Of a stretch of 30,755 nucleotides of DNA, positions 1-9,070 are shown in pieces (position 1 is the first letter of the stretch; every line of letters starts with the position of its first letter). The notes beneath the pieces were generated by a model, which saw only the letters and a list, made by a program, of their open reading frames with translations, did not search any database and was not told the DNA's origin. Where the stretch lies: the IMG/VR virus record IMGVR_UViG_3300011337_000203, positions 1 to 30,755 of that record, one strand, 5' to 3'. Made by a program: the position numbers and the translations under genes. This stretch comes from a virus (taxonomy: Duplodnaviria > Caudoviricetes).

Positions 1-328
1 CACCAATAGCAGCAACTACTAAACCAATACCAGTCGCCTTTAATGCTGCACCGAATGATTGTGTGGCAACTTTTACTTTATTCAATGCACCACCTAACAT
101 ACCAATAGGACCACCTGCTGATTCTAAACTATCAATCCAATCTGCTGCTGCACCTTTTGCTGATTTAAGTTTATCTTCTAAATCATCAATTTCTCCTACC
201 AATCTTTTAAAATCGGCAGAACCTGCGGCAGTTTCTTTTAATTGCTTTTTAAGTTCCTTTAATCCAGCAATAGATTGCTCTACATTAGTTTCAACATCTA
301 CTTGGACTTTAATTTTCTTATCTGCCAT
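1..328 (-). CDS. Tape measure protein, N-terminal part (truncated by window edge)
   Basis: ATG at 328 encodes MADKKIKVQVDVET, the same as the start of 27657-29552. Confidence 0.9.
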   Translation of the reverse strand, partial: MADKKIKVQVDVETNVEQSIAGLKELKKQLKETAAGSADFKRLVGEIDDLEDKLKSAKGAAADWIDSLESAGGPIGMLGGALNKVKVATQSFGAALKATGIGLVVAAIG

Positions 329-459
329 ATTCTTTTTATTTTATTAAGACCTTGCTTCCAAGTTCTTACTATTTCATATTTTCCTTTTGCTATCTCTACT
401 CTTTCTGAAACACCATAGTGTTCTGTAATGGAGAGTAATTCAATAATTCCTATTATCAT
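298..459 (-). CDS. Small 53-aa protein overlapping the tape measure start (absent from ORF track)
   Basis: Hand translation gives MIIGIIELLSITEHYGVSERVEIAKGKYEIVRTWKQGLNKIKRIWQIRKLKSK. The frame is intact in both repeat copies and fills the intergenic gap. Confidence 0.7.
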   Translation of the reverse strand: MIIGIIELLSITEHYGVSERVEIAKGKYEIVRTWKQGLNKIKRIWQIRKLKSK

Positions 460-479
460 AATTTAACATTTAATTTTTA

Positions 480-1001
480 TTATCTACTCAACGCATCAGG
501 TATAATCGGACCTAATAATTGTAAAGTACATTCACCAGTCTTTAATGAATAATCATTTATTGCTCTTAGGTGATAATATGACCCTCTAAAATTTACAATA
601 TCATTTAATTCCATATTGAAATAATCTGCCAATGGAATGATTGCACTACAATTTAATAATCTTGTTTTTGGATTGTATAATAATTGAATATACGTTTCCC
701 AATAGGTTGTATATAAATTTTCTGTTGGTATTTGTCCGTATGCTGCATTTTCATTATTGAATAGTAATGATAAACTATCTGTGGTAGGAAAACTGCCACT
801 TACTACATTGTAGTTATCAAAATATGGAAATGCGGTTTGTTCAACCGTAACACCAGAGGTTGTTAATGACCCACTTTCAATATAATAACGTTGACAATCA
901 ATCAATCCATTATAAAAAAATAAACGCGGTAATACTCTAGCTGGTGTATACGTTGCTGAATTTATGTAAGTTGGTATGTATATTGGTATAATTTGACTCA
1001 T
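480..1001 (-). CDS. Tail tip/hub protein, C-terminal-type module
   Basis: PRLFFYNG...YWETYIQLLY...LNDIV...INDY pattern resembles C-termini of Bacteroidota phage tail proteins. It lies between the tail genes and the tape measure. Confidence 0.65.
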   Translation of the reverse strand: MSQIIPIYIPTYINSATYTPARVLPRLFFYNGLIDCQRYYIESGSLTTSGVTVEQTAFPYFDNYNVVSGSFPTTDSLSLLFNNENAAYGQIPTENLYTTYWETYIQLLYNPKTRLLNCSAIIPLADYFNMELNDIVNFRGSYYHLRAINDYSLKTGECTLQLLGPIIPDALSR

Positions 1002-1015
1002 AATCTATTTTTATT

Positions 1016-3022
1016 TTAACAGAAATTTCCACTTCCATATCCTATTTCTCCTGTTGTTCTATTGATTTCATAAATTTCATTACCACCACCGAATGTGAAG
1101 TAATAAAATCCAGTTATAGGTGATTGTGCATATCTGTCATAGTATGCAATTTGTCCTGGTGTAATTTGACCATCTATTGTATACATATCATATGCAATTG
1201 GTGATGTACATACATAACTAGCATTAGATGATGGTGTGAAGGTAAAATTACCAGCATAGAATGTTGAAGGTGTAGGATTTAATCCACCAACACTACCCGA
1301 AAGACCTGTTCCTTCTATTCTAATTAATGGTGAACTTGCAAATGTTGTTTTAACTTCATATGTTCCTTGTGAATAAAAGTTAGTAGTATCTGTGTAATAT
1401 TGTTTACCATATTCTCTATTTGCACCTTTTGCAAATTGTTGACTGATATAATCCTGGTCTAAGGTATCACCAAAGTTTAATTTATTTACTGCTAAGTTAT
1501 TTGCTGGAATTACTTCTATCTTCTCATCTAAATTAATGTATTTATTAAAATCTTTTACTTCGCCTCTGTTATACCAATCGTTAAATGTTTCAACTATAAA
1601 TTGATTTGGTTTAGTTTTATCAGGATACATTACTAAATTAAACTGTTTTTGAATTCCTACTATAAAATCAATCAATTTAATACCATTTGTTCCGTAAGGC
1701 ATATTAGACGGTATATCTATCACTCTACCATCTGCTGCCTGATTTACTTGTCTAATTTCTAAAAATGATTTAGTTGTTCCATCAGGATCTAATGTAACCA
1801 CTGGCAAAGGTGGAGTTGCTGAATTAGGTGATTGACGAATTTGAAAATAATAATTACCAGCCGGTATACTATTAAAGTTAAACTCAGTTTCTAATTGATA
1901 TGTTGTATTAATACTACCATTTCTACTTTCTTGTAATTCGGTAAAGAAAATTATATACGATTGAAGTGCTTGCGTTGAATAAGGAGTTGAACTTCCTGTT
2001 TCTAACATTCTTAATTGCCACGTTCCATTTGCTGAAAATGTACCTGGCATATTATTTGCAGAAGAACTTACATTAATATTAATATTTAATTGTCCTTTTA
2101 AATTAGTTGGTTTCTCAACTCTATATGCACCATTTTCATAAAAGTTTTGTACATCAGATAATGTATTATACCAAGGTAAAGTTACCCAACTACCAGAAGC
2201 TAAATTAACATCTGTCATTCCACTTCCACTAATTGCACCTATTTTTATTTTACCATACCCTTCTAAATCAACCCCACTATATTCAGGATATTTTAATGCA
2301 TTATTACAAACCATATATACATCATCTAACCAACTTTGTGTAAAGAAATTAGAAGTATATGTGTAACCAGTTTCATCAAATATTGCATCCCATACTTCCT
2401 TTATTCTAATTGCTGGTTTAAAGTTTTGAACAGTTAATGCACCATCAACATCATCTATACCAAATTGGTTAAATTGACCTGATGTATATTGATATCCACT
2501 ACCATAATCTGCTAATGGATAAACTATGCTACCGCTAAATAAATTACCACTCCAACTTCCTGTAATATTATCTAATGATGAAGTATGATTGAATTGGGAT
2601 AACGTTGTTAAATCTGTTAAGTATAATCTATTAACTTCTCTACCAAATGATGATAGAGTTCCGTAAATAGTTACCTCATATGAATCAATAAATTTATTTG
2701 CTAATACATTTACCTTATTTAATTGTAAGTATCCTTGTGAAAGATATATAGAATCGAAATCAAAGTATGCTGGCACCTTTATATTCGTTGCAAATAAGAA
2801 AGGTGAGTCAATACTTATATCGTAAACATGTTCGAAAAATGCGTTGTTTGTCTTCGTTCCAGGTAGGGTTATCTGTCTTGTGAAATCTGATGGTAATACA
2901 CCGATATCAAAAAGACCTGTTACATTGTTTGATAATTTAATATCTTCATCTTCAAAAAGGTCTAATTGAGTTCCATTTGCTACTAATCGAAAAGTAAACG
3001 CTTGTGTTGATATAACTCCCAT
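1016..3022 (-). CDS. Large tail tip/baseplate hub protein
   Basis: N-terminal LDLFEDEDIKL...FTRQITLPGTKTNNAFF and internal YPLADYG and FKPAIRIK motifs are typical of siphophage hub proteins. The protein is beta-rich and lies in the tail module. Confidence 0.7.
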   Translation of the reverse strand: MGVISTQAFTFRLVANGTQLDLFEDEDIKLSNNVTGLFDIGVLPSDFTRQITLPGTKTNNAFFEHVYDISIDSPFLFATNIKVPAYFDFDSIYLSQGYLQLNKVNVLANKFIDSYEVTIYGTLSSFGREVNRLYLTDLTTLSQFNHTSSLDNITGSWSGNLFSGSIVYPLADYGSGYQYTSGQFNQFGIDDVDGALTVQNFKPAIRIKEVWDAIFDETGYTYTSNFFTQSWLDDVYMVCNNALKYPEYSGVDLEGYGKIKIGAISGSGMTDVNLASGSWVTLPWYNTLSDVQNFYENGAYRVEKPTNLKGQLNININVSSSANNMPGTFSANGTWQLRMLETGSSTPYSTQALQSYIIFFTELQESRNGSINTTYQLETEFNFNSIPAGNYYFQIRQSPNSATPPLPVVTLDPDGTTKSFLEIRQVNQAADGRVIDIPSNMPYGTNGIKLIDFIVGIQKQFNLVMYPDKTKPNQFIVETFNDWYNRGEVKDFNKYINLDEKIEVIPANNLAVNKLNFGDTLDQDYISQQFAKGANREYGKQYYTDTTNFYSQGTYEVKTTFASSPLIRIEGTGLSGSVGGLNPTPSTFYAGNFTFTPSSNASYVCTSPIAYDMYTIDGQITPGQIAYYDRYAQSPITGFYYFTFGGGNEIYEINRTTGEIGYGSGNFC

Positions 3023-4191
3023 TACATAATTAATTTATAAGATTGACCTAAGTTAAATTCAAATGTGTATTGAATTAATTTATCTACTACTCCTGTCTTA
3101 AATTGTATATCTGATGATGCAATACTTAAAGGTCTCACTGCATCTGTTGCTTCATTATATACCCAATATATCTCATCACTTACCATTAATTGTTTGAAAA
3201 TATCATTATAATCTTCATCTACCCAATTTGTATTTACTTGTAGGGTTTGTTTAGTATCTACAATATAATCTAACATAGAACTATTGTATGATTGATAACT
3301 AAATGATGAACCTTCCCATGTTCCTAATGTTGGCTGATAAGTTCTTCTCGTTGTTGATAAACTTTCTCTATTAATCATATTAAAGTTTAAGTAATCAAAT
3401 TGTCCGAATCTATTTTTCCATTTGATTCTTACATTAGGATACTTTTGTGGACAAACTATTTCATAACGAATTGTAGCACCTAATGCTGTTGTATCTTGGA
3501 ATGGTTGAATAGTATACCAATCTAATCCTGCACTTGATAATGGGAAACCACTTTGTGCAGGTCCTATTGGATATGTTGCTATTTGACCAGATGAAGATGC
3601 TGTTCCATTTATTACATACGTTGCATTTCCTATACTTGAACTATATATTAATCTATTACATGCTACACTGCCAGTATATGGATTTGTCCAAACACCACTT
3701 TCACCTACATTATCTAAAAATGCACTTTGTGTTACAGGTCCATCTGTTAAAAGAGGAAAATATGGTGAAAGAGTTTGTAATTGTGCACCGATTTGTTCAG
3801 GAAATAAACCATAACCATCTAATGCGTTAAACTTTGATGATTTAAGATGTGAACCTGTTACAAATGTTGAGCCACTTAAATATTGTGGATAAAAATCTAC
3901 TGCAAAGTAAACTACGTTAGAAGAATTTTGAATTAGTAAATCTGTAAGTGTAGAGTTTAATATTCTATTTAAATCAAAGATACCAACGTTTGAAGTATTT
4001 GGAAACTTTGAAATTGTATAATTTGATAAAGAACCTGAATCTAAAACTGAACCTGTCCAATAGTATAATTCACCAACATACTGAAATGATGATGAAGTTA
4101 AATTAACTAAATTACTTTCTGCAACCGTAAATATAATTGGCGATTGTGCTAAAGATGAGGTTGCTGGAGTTTGAGTAATACTTAATGCCAT
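3022..4191 (-). CDS. Tail structural protein (distal-tail-like)
   Basis: C-terminal IKWKNRFGQFDYLNF...VNTNWVDE...QLMVSDEIY...YTFEF pattern. It is translationally coupled to the hub gene. Confidence 0.65.
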   Translation of the reverse strand: MALSITQTPATSSLAQSPIIFTVAESNLVNLTSSSFQYVGELYYWTGSVLDSGSLSNYTISKFPNTSNVGIFDLNRILNSTLTDLLIQNSSNVVYFAVDFYPQYLSGSTFVTGSHLKSSKFNALDGYGLFPEQIGAQLQTLSPYFPLLTDGPVTQSAFLDNVGESGVWTNPYTGSVACNRLIYSSSIGNATYVINGTASSSGQIATYPIGPAQSGFPLSSAGLDWYTIQPFQDTTALGATIRYEIVCPQKYPNVRIKWKNRFGQFDYLNFNMINRESLSTTRRTYQPTLGTWEGSSFSYQSYNSSMLDYIVDTKQTLQVNTNWVDEDYNDIFKQLMVSDEIYWVYNEATDAVRPLSIASSDIQFKTGVVDKLIQYTFEFNLGQSYKLIM

Positions 4192-4208
4192 CTAATAATC
4201 TTTTCTTT

Positions 4209-4236
4209 TATAACCAATGGATTAGAAAAAGTAATT
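4209..4236 (-). promoter_or_regulatory. Candidate phage late promoter (AATTAC-N14-TGGTTATA)
   Basis: The same bipartite motif and 14-nt spacing occur at 10754, 13420 and 18579. Confidence 0.6.
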
Positions 4237-4240
4237 GATA

Positions 4241-4672
4241 CTAATACTCAGCTTCCATTTTATTCAACTCATCTTCTATTCCTGCTAATATAGTATCACC
4301 TAATAAAGAATATATATCATCTAATGCTTTTATAACCTTTGGTTCACTTAATGCATTTTCAACAAAATTAATTTTACCAGGTACATTTTTTGTTTTACCA
4401 CTTCTGACAGTAGAACTAACGGTTGGGTCATTCCACCACATACCATACTCTGCTCCATCAGGTGCGTAATCAATAGTGAATGTAATAGTTTTTAAGGGGA
4501 TAGATTTACTACCCCCTCTACCTACTTCTAACATTGTACTAAGGTTATTCGCCCTTAACAATGCTCTTTGTAGATTACCCGTTTTCTTAGGTGCATTCGC
4601 TGCAACTCTTTTAGAGATTATATCTGCTAATGAGTTTGCTTTTTTAATTACACTATCTAATGATTTAGCCAT
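4241..4672 (-). CDS. Tail completion/neck protein, HK97 gp10-like
   Basis: APKKTGNLQRAL motif, EYG and FVENA segments, and 143-aa size. Confidence 0.65.
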   Translation of the reverse strand: MAKSLDSVIKKANSLADIISKRVAANAPKKTGNLQRALLRANNLSTMLEVGRGGSKSIPLKTITFTIDYAPDGAEYGMWWNDPTVSSTVRSGKTKNVPGKINFVENALSEPKVIKALDDIYSLLGDTILAGIEDELNKMEAEY

Positions 4673-7650
4673 TACCTTACCTGCGTTACGGTTAGGATTA
4701 CTGATGGAATTGATGGAATGTTACCAGTTGCTGCTTCTGAAAATAGTACTGCATCTCCTCCTGCAGATTGCCATACTAATTCATAATAATCATTTGCCGC
4801 TGCATCAATTACATAATTCCATGATGTAATTAATTCATCATTATTTGCTAATACAACATGTCCCGCTGTTGCCTGTAAATTCGTTCCGTTTTTCTTCAAC
4901 CAAATCCAAACATTATCTGCTCCTGTATCTGCTAATAATTGTGTTGAGAATTGAATATTGTAAATACCTGCATTTGCTAATGTTATTCTACTATTAGATA
5001 CCATAGTTACACCATATGATAAATCAGTTGTTTCAAACTGCATTGATTGTGATACTGCTGCAGAACCCGATTGAGTTATATTACTTTGGAATGCACCAAC
5101 ATTAAATTGTTTGTGTCCATATAGATACAAATCAGAATTATTATTTATTACAACCGGTGCATTGAATGATGCTGTATTTGAAACTGATAATGAACCTGTG
5201 ATATCCACACTACCTGTTGCAACGATTGCTTTACTACTAGCTGCATTTGTTCCATTTACTATTAATGCCGGCTTTCCACCACCTACTGATTGAGAAACAT
5301 ACATTCCTTTATCAACATATACCTTTCTATTAAATGCGGTATCTGCTTTGAAATCCATTATCATTGCAGTTTCTAAGTAATCTAAACCTACTTTATTTGC
5401 ACCACCACCACTACCGGTAATTGTAGAGCCACTACTCATTGCGAAATAAGTAGAACCGCCACCAGGTAATGCTAATGTTCCGTTTGTTTGTAATCCCCAT
5501 TGGAATTCAGAACCGGTATATGCTGCTATCTGATTTGCTGTTAAGAGTACATTGAATGCGTATGGTTGTCCTTGATATTGATAAACTGATAATCCATCTT
5601 TACCATAATTAGTATTCCATACCCCAGCTACACTTCCGGTTGATTGTTGATTATATATGAATGCAGTACTACCATTATTAGTTGCTAAGAAGGTTGATGC
5701 TGTTATATTACCACTACCATCTATATTAAGATTTGAACCGGTGATTGTAAGAGAACCAGATATGTTTACTACTGATGAACTATCAATTGATAATGAAGTT
5801 CTTCTGTTTGATGTTGAAGTACCTGTACCTACTGCAAATATTGTTTTACCACTATCTGCTAATCCTGCATTGATATCATTGTATCTACCAAAGAATGCAC
5901 CACCTCCTGCTGTTATTGATGTTCCTGATGCTGATACAATTAAGTTTTGTCCTATTACCGCAGTTGCAATTAAATGACCACCGGTTGAACCAATCAAATC
6001 AGAACTTATTGCATTTGTTGAACCTACAATTATATTACTATTAAATGTTCTTCTATTTGCTGTGTTACTACCGCTTACTAATAAAGTATGACCTGTACCA
6101 GCGAATGTGTTTGCTTGAACACTAATATTATTTACTGCTGTTGAAACTGATGATGAATAGTTATTTGTTACTGTCATTCCACCACCAATATTACCATTAT
6201 AAGTTATTGATGAACTATTATGGTTTAAAACAATTGAATTTAATCCTGCTACTACGTTTTGTGCTATTGTTGAGTTTAATGTTAAAGGAGTTATATTAGC
6301 TGTTGATTGTAATCCATTACCCATAACAATATTACCCTGAAAACTAACACTGCCAGATGTATGAGTTATAGTTGTTCCTCCTAGTATTTGATTATTACTA
6401 ATAACAGGTACTGCTAATGTTGAACTTGTAATAAAATTAAGAGCTAATATAGAATTAAGTGTATTATTAGTTATCGTTGGATTAACCAAAGATTGTGTAT
6501 GTAATGTTGGAATTGTAAGAACAATATTATTATTTCCACCAATATATCCATTAGAAAAATTGGTTGCTAATGTATTATTTCTAGCTGCTGATAAAAATAT
6601 ATTATTACTTCCTGATACTATAACTGAGCCTGTCTGTGAAAATAGTAATGGTGTTCCACCTAATACTAAGTTTGATTGTGATGTTGCATTTGATGCAGTT
6701 ATATTATATTGAACTGCTCCACTTACAAATGCTTGTGAAAATAATTCAGTAAGAGATGTTGTTGGATTACTTACGATTGAACCTAATATAGTTTGGTCTC
6801 CGGTAAATGTATTACTACCTGTTGTTGCGAAACTACCCGTATTAATACTTCCACCACCACCTGGTATTGTTACTGATGCTGTACCTGCACTTAATGCAGT
6901 TGTTACACCAGCACCTATAAAATTAAATGATGTTGCGTTTCCTAATATACTTCCTTCATCTTGTACTGATACGTTACCACCACTACTTGTGATTGCTAAT
7001 ATTCTACTATCAAATGAAGAACTATCATTCTTATATTGAGAGCCACTAAATGTTTGTAATAATCCTATTGAAGAACTATTACTCGCTATGTTATTACTTT
7101 GTGTTGTATCTGTGAAATATAAAGATGATGATAAATCAGTTACACTACTAGTTGTTGCAAATGTAGTGTTCTTAAAATCTTGAGATGCAGTATATGCGTT
7201 GAAAGATGCAGTAGTTACGAAATCACCCGCGCTTCCACTCACATCTGCTACTACTATATTAAATTGAGAACCATCACCTTTTGTAAATGTAATTGTACTT
7301 TGAGATACACTCGCAGTTATCAATGAACTTGCAGTAATTGCTGATGTTACATATGATGCAGTTGCTGCTATCAAAGAATTTACTTTACTATCGTTAGATG
7401 AAGTATATGCATTAAAAGATGAAGTAGTAACTAAACTACCTGTATTAATACTCCCACCACTACCAGTTAAATTAGTTGCGTATACATTACCACTAACATA
7501 TAAATTACCATTAGTTGAAACTGATACCCCAACACCATTTCCTAAACCATCCTGTAATTCAGTTGGTGTAGAACTTGCTGTATTATTACTTCCTAAATGA
7601 ATTAGAGAAATATAACTTTGCGATATGTATAAATTACTTAAACTTCCCAT
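4672..7650 (-). CDS. Long fibre/receptor-binding protein with beta-helix-like middle and C1q/BclA-like C-terminal domain
   Basis: S/T/G/N-rich 992 aa with SSFNAYT repeats, a VQDEG...FNFIGAGVT motif, a GRYN...FAVGTGT neck-like motif and a C-terminal AGIYNIQFSTQL...WLKKNG...SVILTV segment. Confidence 0.8.
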   Translation of the reverse strand: MGSLSNLYISQSYISLIHLGSNNTASSTPTELQDGLGNGVGVSVSTNGNLYVSGNVYATNLTGSGGSINTGSLVTTSSFNAYTSSNDSKVNSLIAATASYVTSAITASSLITASVSQSTITFTKGDGSQFNIVVADVSGSAGDFVTTASFNAYTASQDFKNTTFATTSSVTDLSSSLYFTDTTQSNNIASNSSSIGLLQTFSGSQYKNDSSSFDSRILAITSSGGNVSVQDEGSILGNATSFNFIGAGVTTALSAGTASVTIPGGGGSINTGSFATTGSNTFTGDQTILGSIVSNPTTSLTELFSQAFVSGAVQYNITASNATSQSNLVLGGTPLLFSQTGSVIVSGSNNIFLSAARNNTLATNFSNGYIGGNNNIVLTIPTLHTQSLVNPTITNNTLNSILALNFITSSTLAVPVISNNQILGGTTITHTSGSVSFQGNIVMGNGLQSTANITPLTLNSTIAQNVVAGLNSIVLNHNSSSITYNGNIGGGMTVTNNYSSSVSTAVNNISVQANTFAGTGHTLLVSGSNTANRRTFNSNIIVGSTNAISSDLIGSTGGHLIATAVIGQNLIVSASGTSITAGGGAFFGRYNDINAGLADSGKTIFAVGTGTSTSNRRTSLSIDSSSVVNISGSLTITGSNLNIDGSGNITASTFLATNNGSTAFIYNQQSTGSVAGVWNTNYGKDGLSVYQYQGQPYAFNVLLTANQIAAYTGSEFQWGLQTNGTLALPGGGSTYFAMSSGSTITGSGGGANKVGLDYLETAMIMDFKADTAFNRKVYVDKGMYVSQSVGGGKPALIVNGTNAASSKAIVATGSVDITGSLSVSNTASFNAPVVINNNSDLYLYGHKQFNVGAFQSNITQSGSAAVSQSMQFETTDLSYGVTMVSNSRITLANAGIYNIQFSTQLLADTGADNVWIWLKKNGTNLQATAGHVVLANNDELITSWNYVIDAAANDYYELVWQSAGGDAVLFSEAATGNIPSIPSVILTVTQVR

Positions 7651-7677
7651 TATTGTATATTTTTATATTTTTTATTT

Positions 7678-8544
7678 TTAATCTTCACTCCACTTTCTAA
7701 ATGATACAGATGAACCCGAACTCCAATTCTCTGGTGTTGTACTCCATATCTTTGGGTTAATCCATAATTCACATAAAGAACAACTATCATAACTTTGGAA
7801 TGGTATTGCCAACACCGGTAAATTCACATAATCCCAACTATCAAAATTACTTACTTGCTCTACTACTGTATAACACGTAAGAGGAGAACCTAAATTACCT
7901 TTATACCCACCTATGTTATTTATAGAACTTATTACACTACCCGTCACCGCACTTCCATTCAACACAGCGTAATATTCATCCCCACTTAAACACTCTCTTA
8001 ATTTAAAGCCACTACCCGATGGATTAACTAAAAAAAAAAGACACCGATTTTTATCGTTGTGAGTAGTTAGGTTGAAGGTGGCCGACCACCCTGCTAACCC
8101 ATTGTTAAACCTGTCACTAAAAGGTAAACAGGTTATCTCACCATCGATATCGAATCCCTGCACACCTCTCTGAGTATATGCAGTTAAATCGTTTAATATT
8201 CCTAATGTGTTATTGTGTATATCAATTGTATCATCTACTCCCTTAAAGTAATCTATTGATTGTTGATTAAGAGAACCTGATGATTCATTATTTTTATTTT
8301 TAATTTTATCTGCTACTAATAATTGTATAGTATAGTTAGTTGTATTAGATGTAAAAGAAGTATCAGTTATCTGTAAGTTTGCCACAGGATAAGCTGGAAA
8401 TTCTTTTGTATCAAAATCTGCAATATCACCATAAGTAGCAACACCTACACCAGGATGATTCTTCATTATTGTTTTAAAATAATTTAGAATGTTGTAGTAT
8501 AGAGTGTAGTTAACTCCTGTATTATGTACAATTTGTTGACTCAT
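7678..8544 (-). CDS. Tail terminator-like protein (~170 aa) with Cys/Trp-containing C-terminal extension
   Basis: YPVANL...PFSDRFNNGLAGWSATF motif typical of tail terminators, located after the head-tail adaptor. Confidence 0.65.
   Translation of the reverse strand: MSQQIVHNTGVNYTLYYNILNYFKTIMKNHPGVGVATYGDIADFDTKEFPAYPVANLQITDTSFTSNTTNYTIQLLVADKIKNKNNESSGSLNQQSIDYFKGVDDTIDIHNNTLGILNDLTAYTQRGVQGFDIDGEITCLPFSDRFNNGLAGWSATFNLTTHNDKNRCLFFLVNPSGSGFKLRECLSGDEYYAVLNGSAVTGSVISSINNIGGYKGNLGSPLTCYTVVEQVSNFDSWDYVNLPVLAIPFQSYDSCSLCELWINPKIWSTTPENWSSGSSVSFRKWSED
8030..8039 (-). other. T10 slippery homopolymer (CTT TTT TTT TTA) at a domain boundary
   Basis: A10 on the plus strand. The -1 frame reads TTT AGT TAA and the +1 frame reads TTT TAG. 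Confidence 0.55.
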
Positions 8545-8549
8545 ATAGA

Positions 8550-9068
8550 TTATAATTGAATCCCACCAAAGTATTGATTTGTTTGGTCAGGATATATTTG
8601 TGTTTGGTTACCAACTGATTCTAAATATTGAGGTATCTCATTTGAATAAGATATCAAATAGTTTTGTAATCTTAATGCGTAATAATCTGCGTTGTTCAAT
8701 GCCTTTGCTAATAGGTAATCGATTTCTGATTTAGAAGGAGCTATACCTTGTTCACTTTGTTGTTTGATACTACCATTAGATTTAAATTGAACTGAACTAA
8801 ATGGAATATATTCTACACACCCATACCATATCAAAGTATTCTTAATATAATCATCCAATAGTTCTTGATAGTATGTAGATAAACTACTAACCGTATTTGC
8901 AGTGATTCTTGTTTGTAAGAAATCAAATAGGACTGTTCCTAATAAGTTCTTTAAGTATTTATCTTGCGCTGTTCTAATAAATGGTAACAAAGCATCTGCA
9001 TCAATTGCTCCTTGCAATGGTGAGTTCTTTATAATATCATTTCTACTTATGAATAATGCGTATGCCAT
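8550..9068 (-). CDS. Head-tail adaptor/connector protein
   Basis: ALFIS...IDAD.LLPFI..AQD.YL..LLGT.LF pattern, helical, directly after the portal. Confidence 0.7.
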   Translation of the reverse strand: MAYALFISRNDIIKNSPLQGAIDADALLPFIRTAQDKYLKNLLGTVLFDFLQTRITANTVSSLSTYYQELLDDYIKNTLIWYGCVEYIPFSSVQFKSNGSIKQQSEQGIAPSKSEIDYLLAKALNNADYYALRLQNYLISYSNEIPQYLESVGNQTQIYPDQTNQYFGGIQL

Positions 9069-9070
9069 AA

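Larger units (their letters stand above)
1..1533 (+). repeat. Imperfect terminal direct repeat, copy A (matches 29225-30755)
   Basis: The first 127 nt are identical to 29225-29351. After that there are scattered substitutions (17 in the first 540 nt by hand count) and a 2-nt intergenic indel. Confidence 0.97.

Noticed and set aside
914-920. T7 run in RLFFY as a third frameshift site
   Set aside because: It lacks an in-frame X XXY YYZ heptamer, a -1 shift would give only a ~30-aa peptide, and FFY is explained by the protein motif.
1002-1018. Stop-codon readthrough or alternative genetic code joining the hub and 173-aa genes
   Set aside because: The spacer is in frame only in copy B, and TAA is the normal stop throughout the genome.
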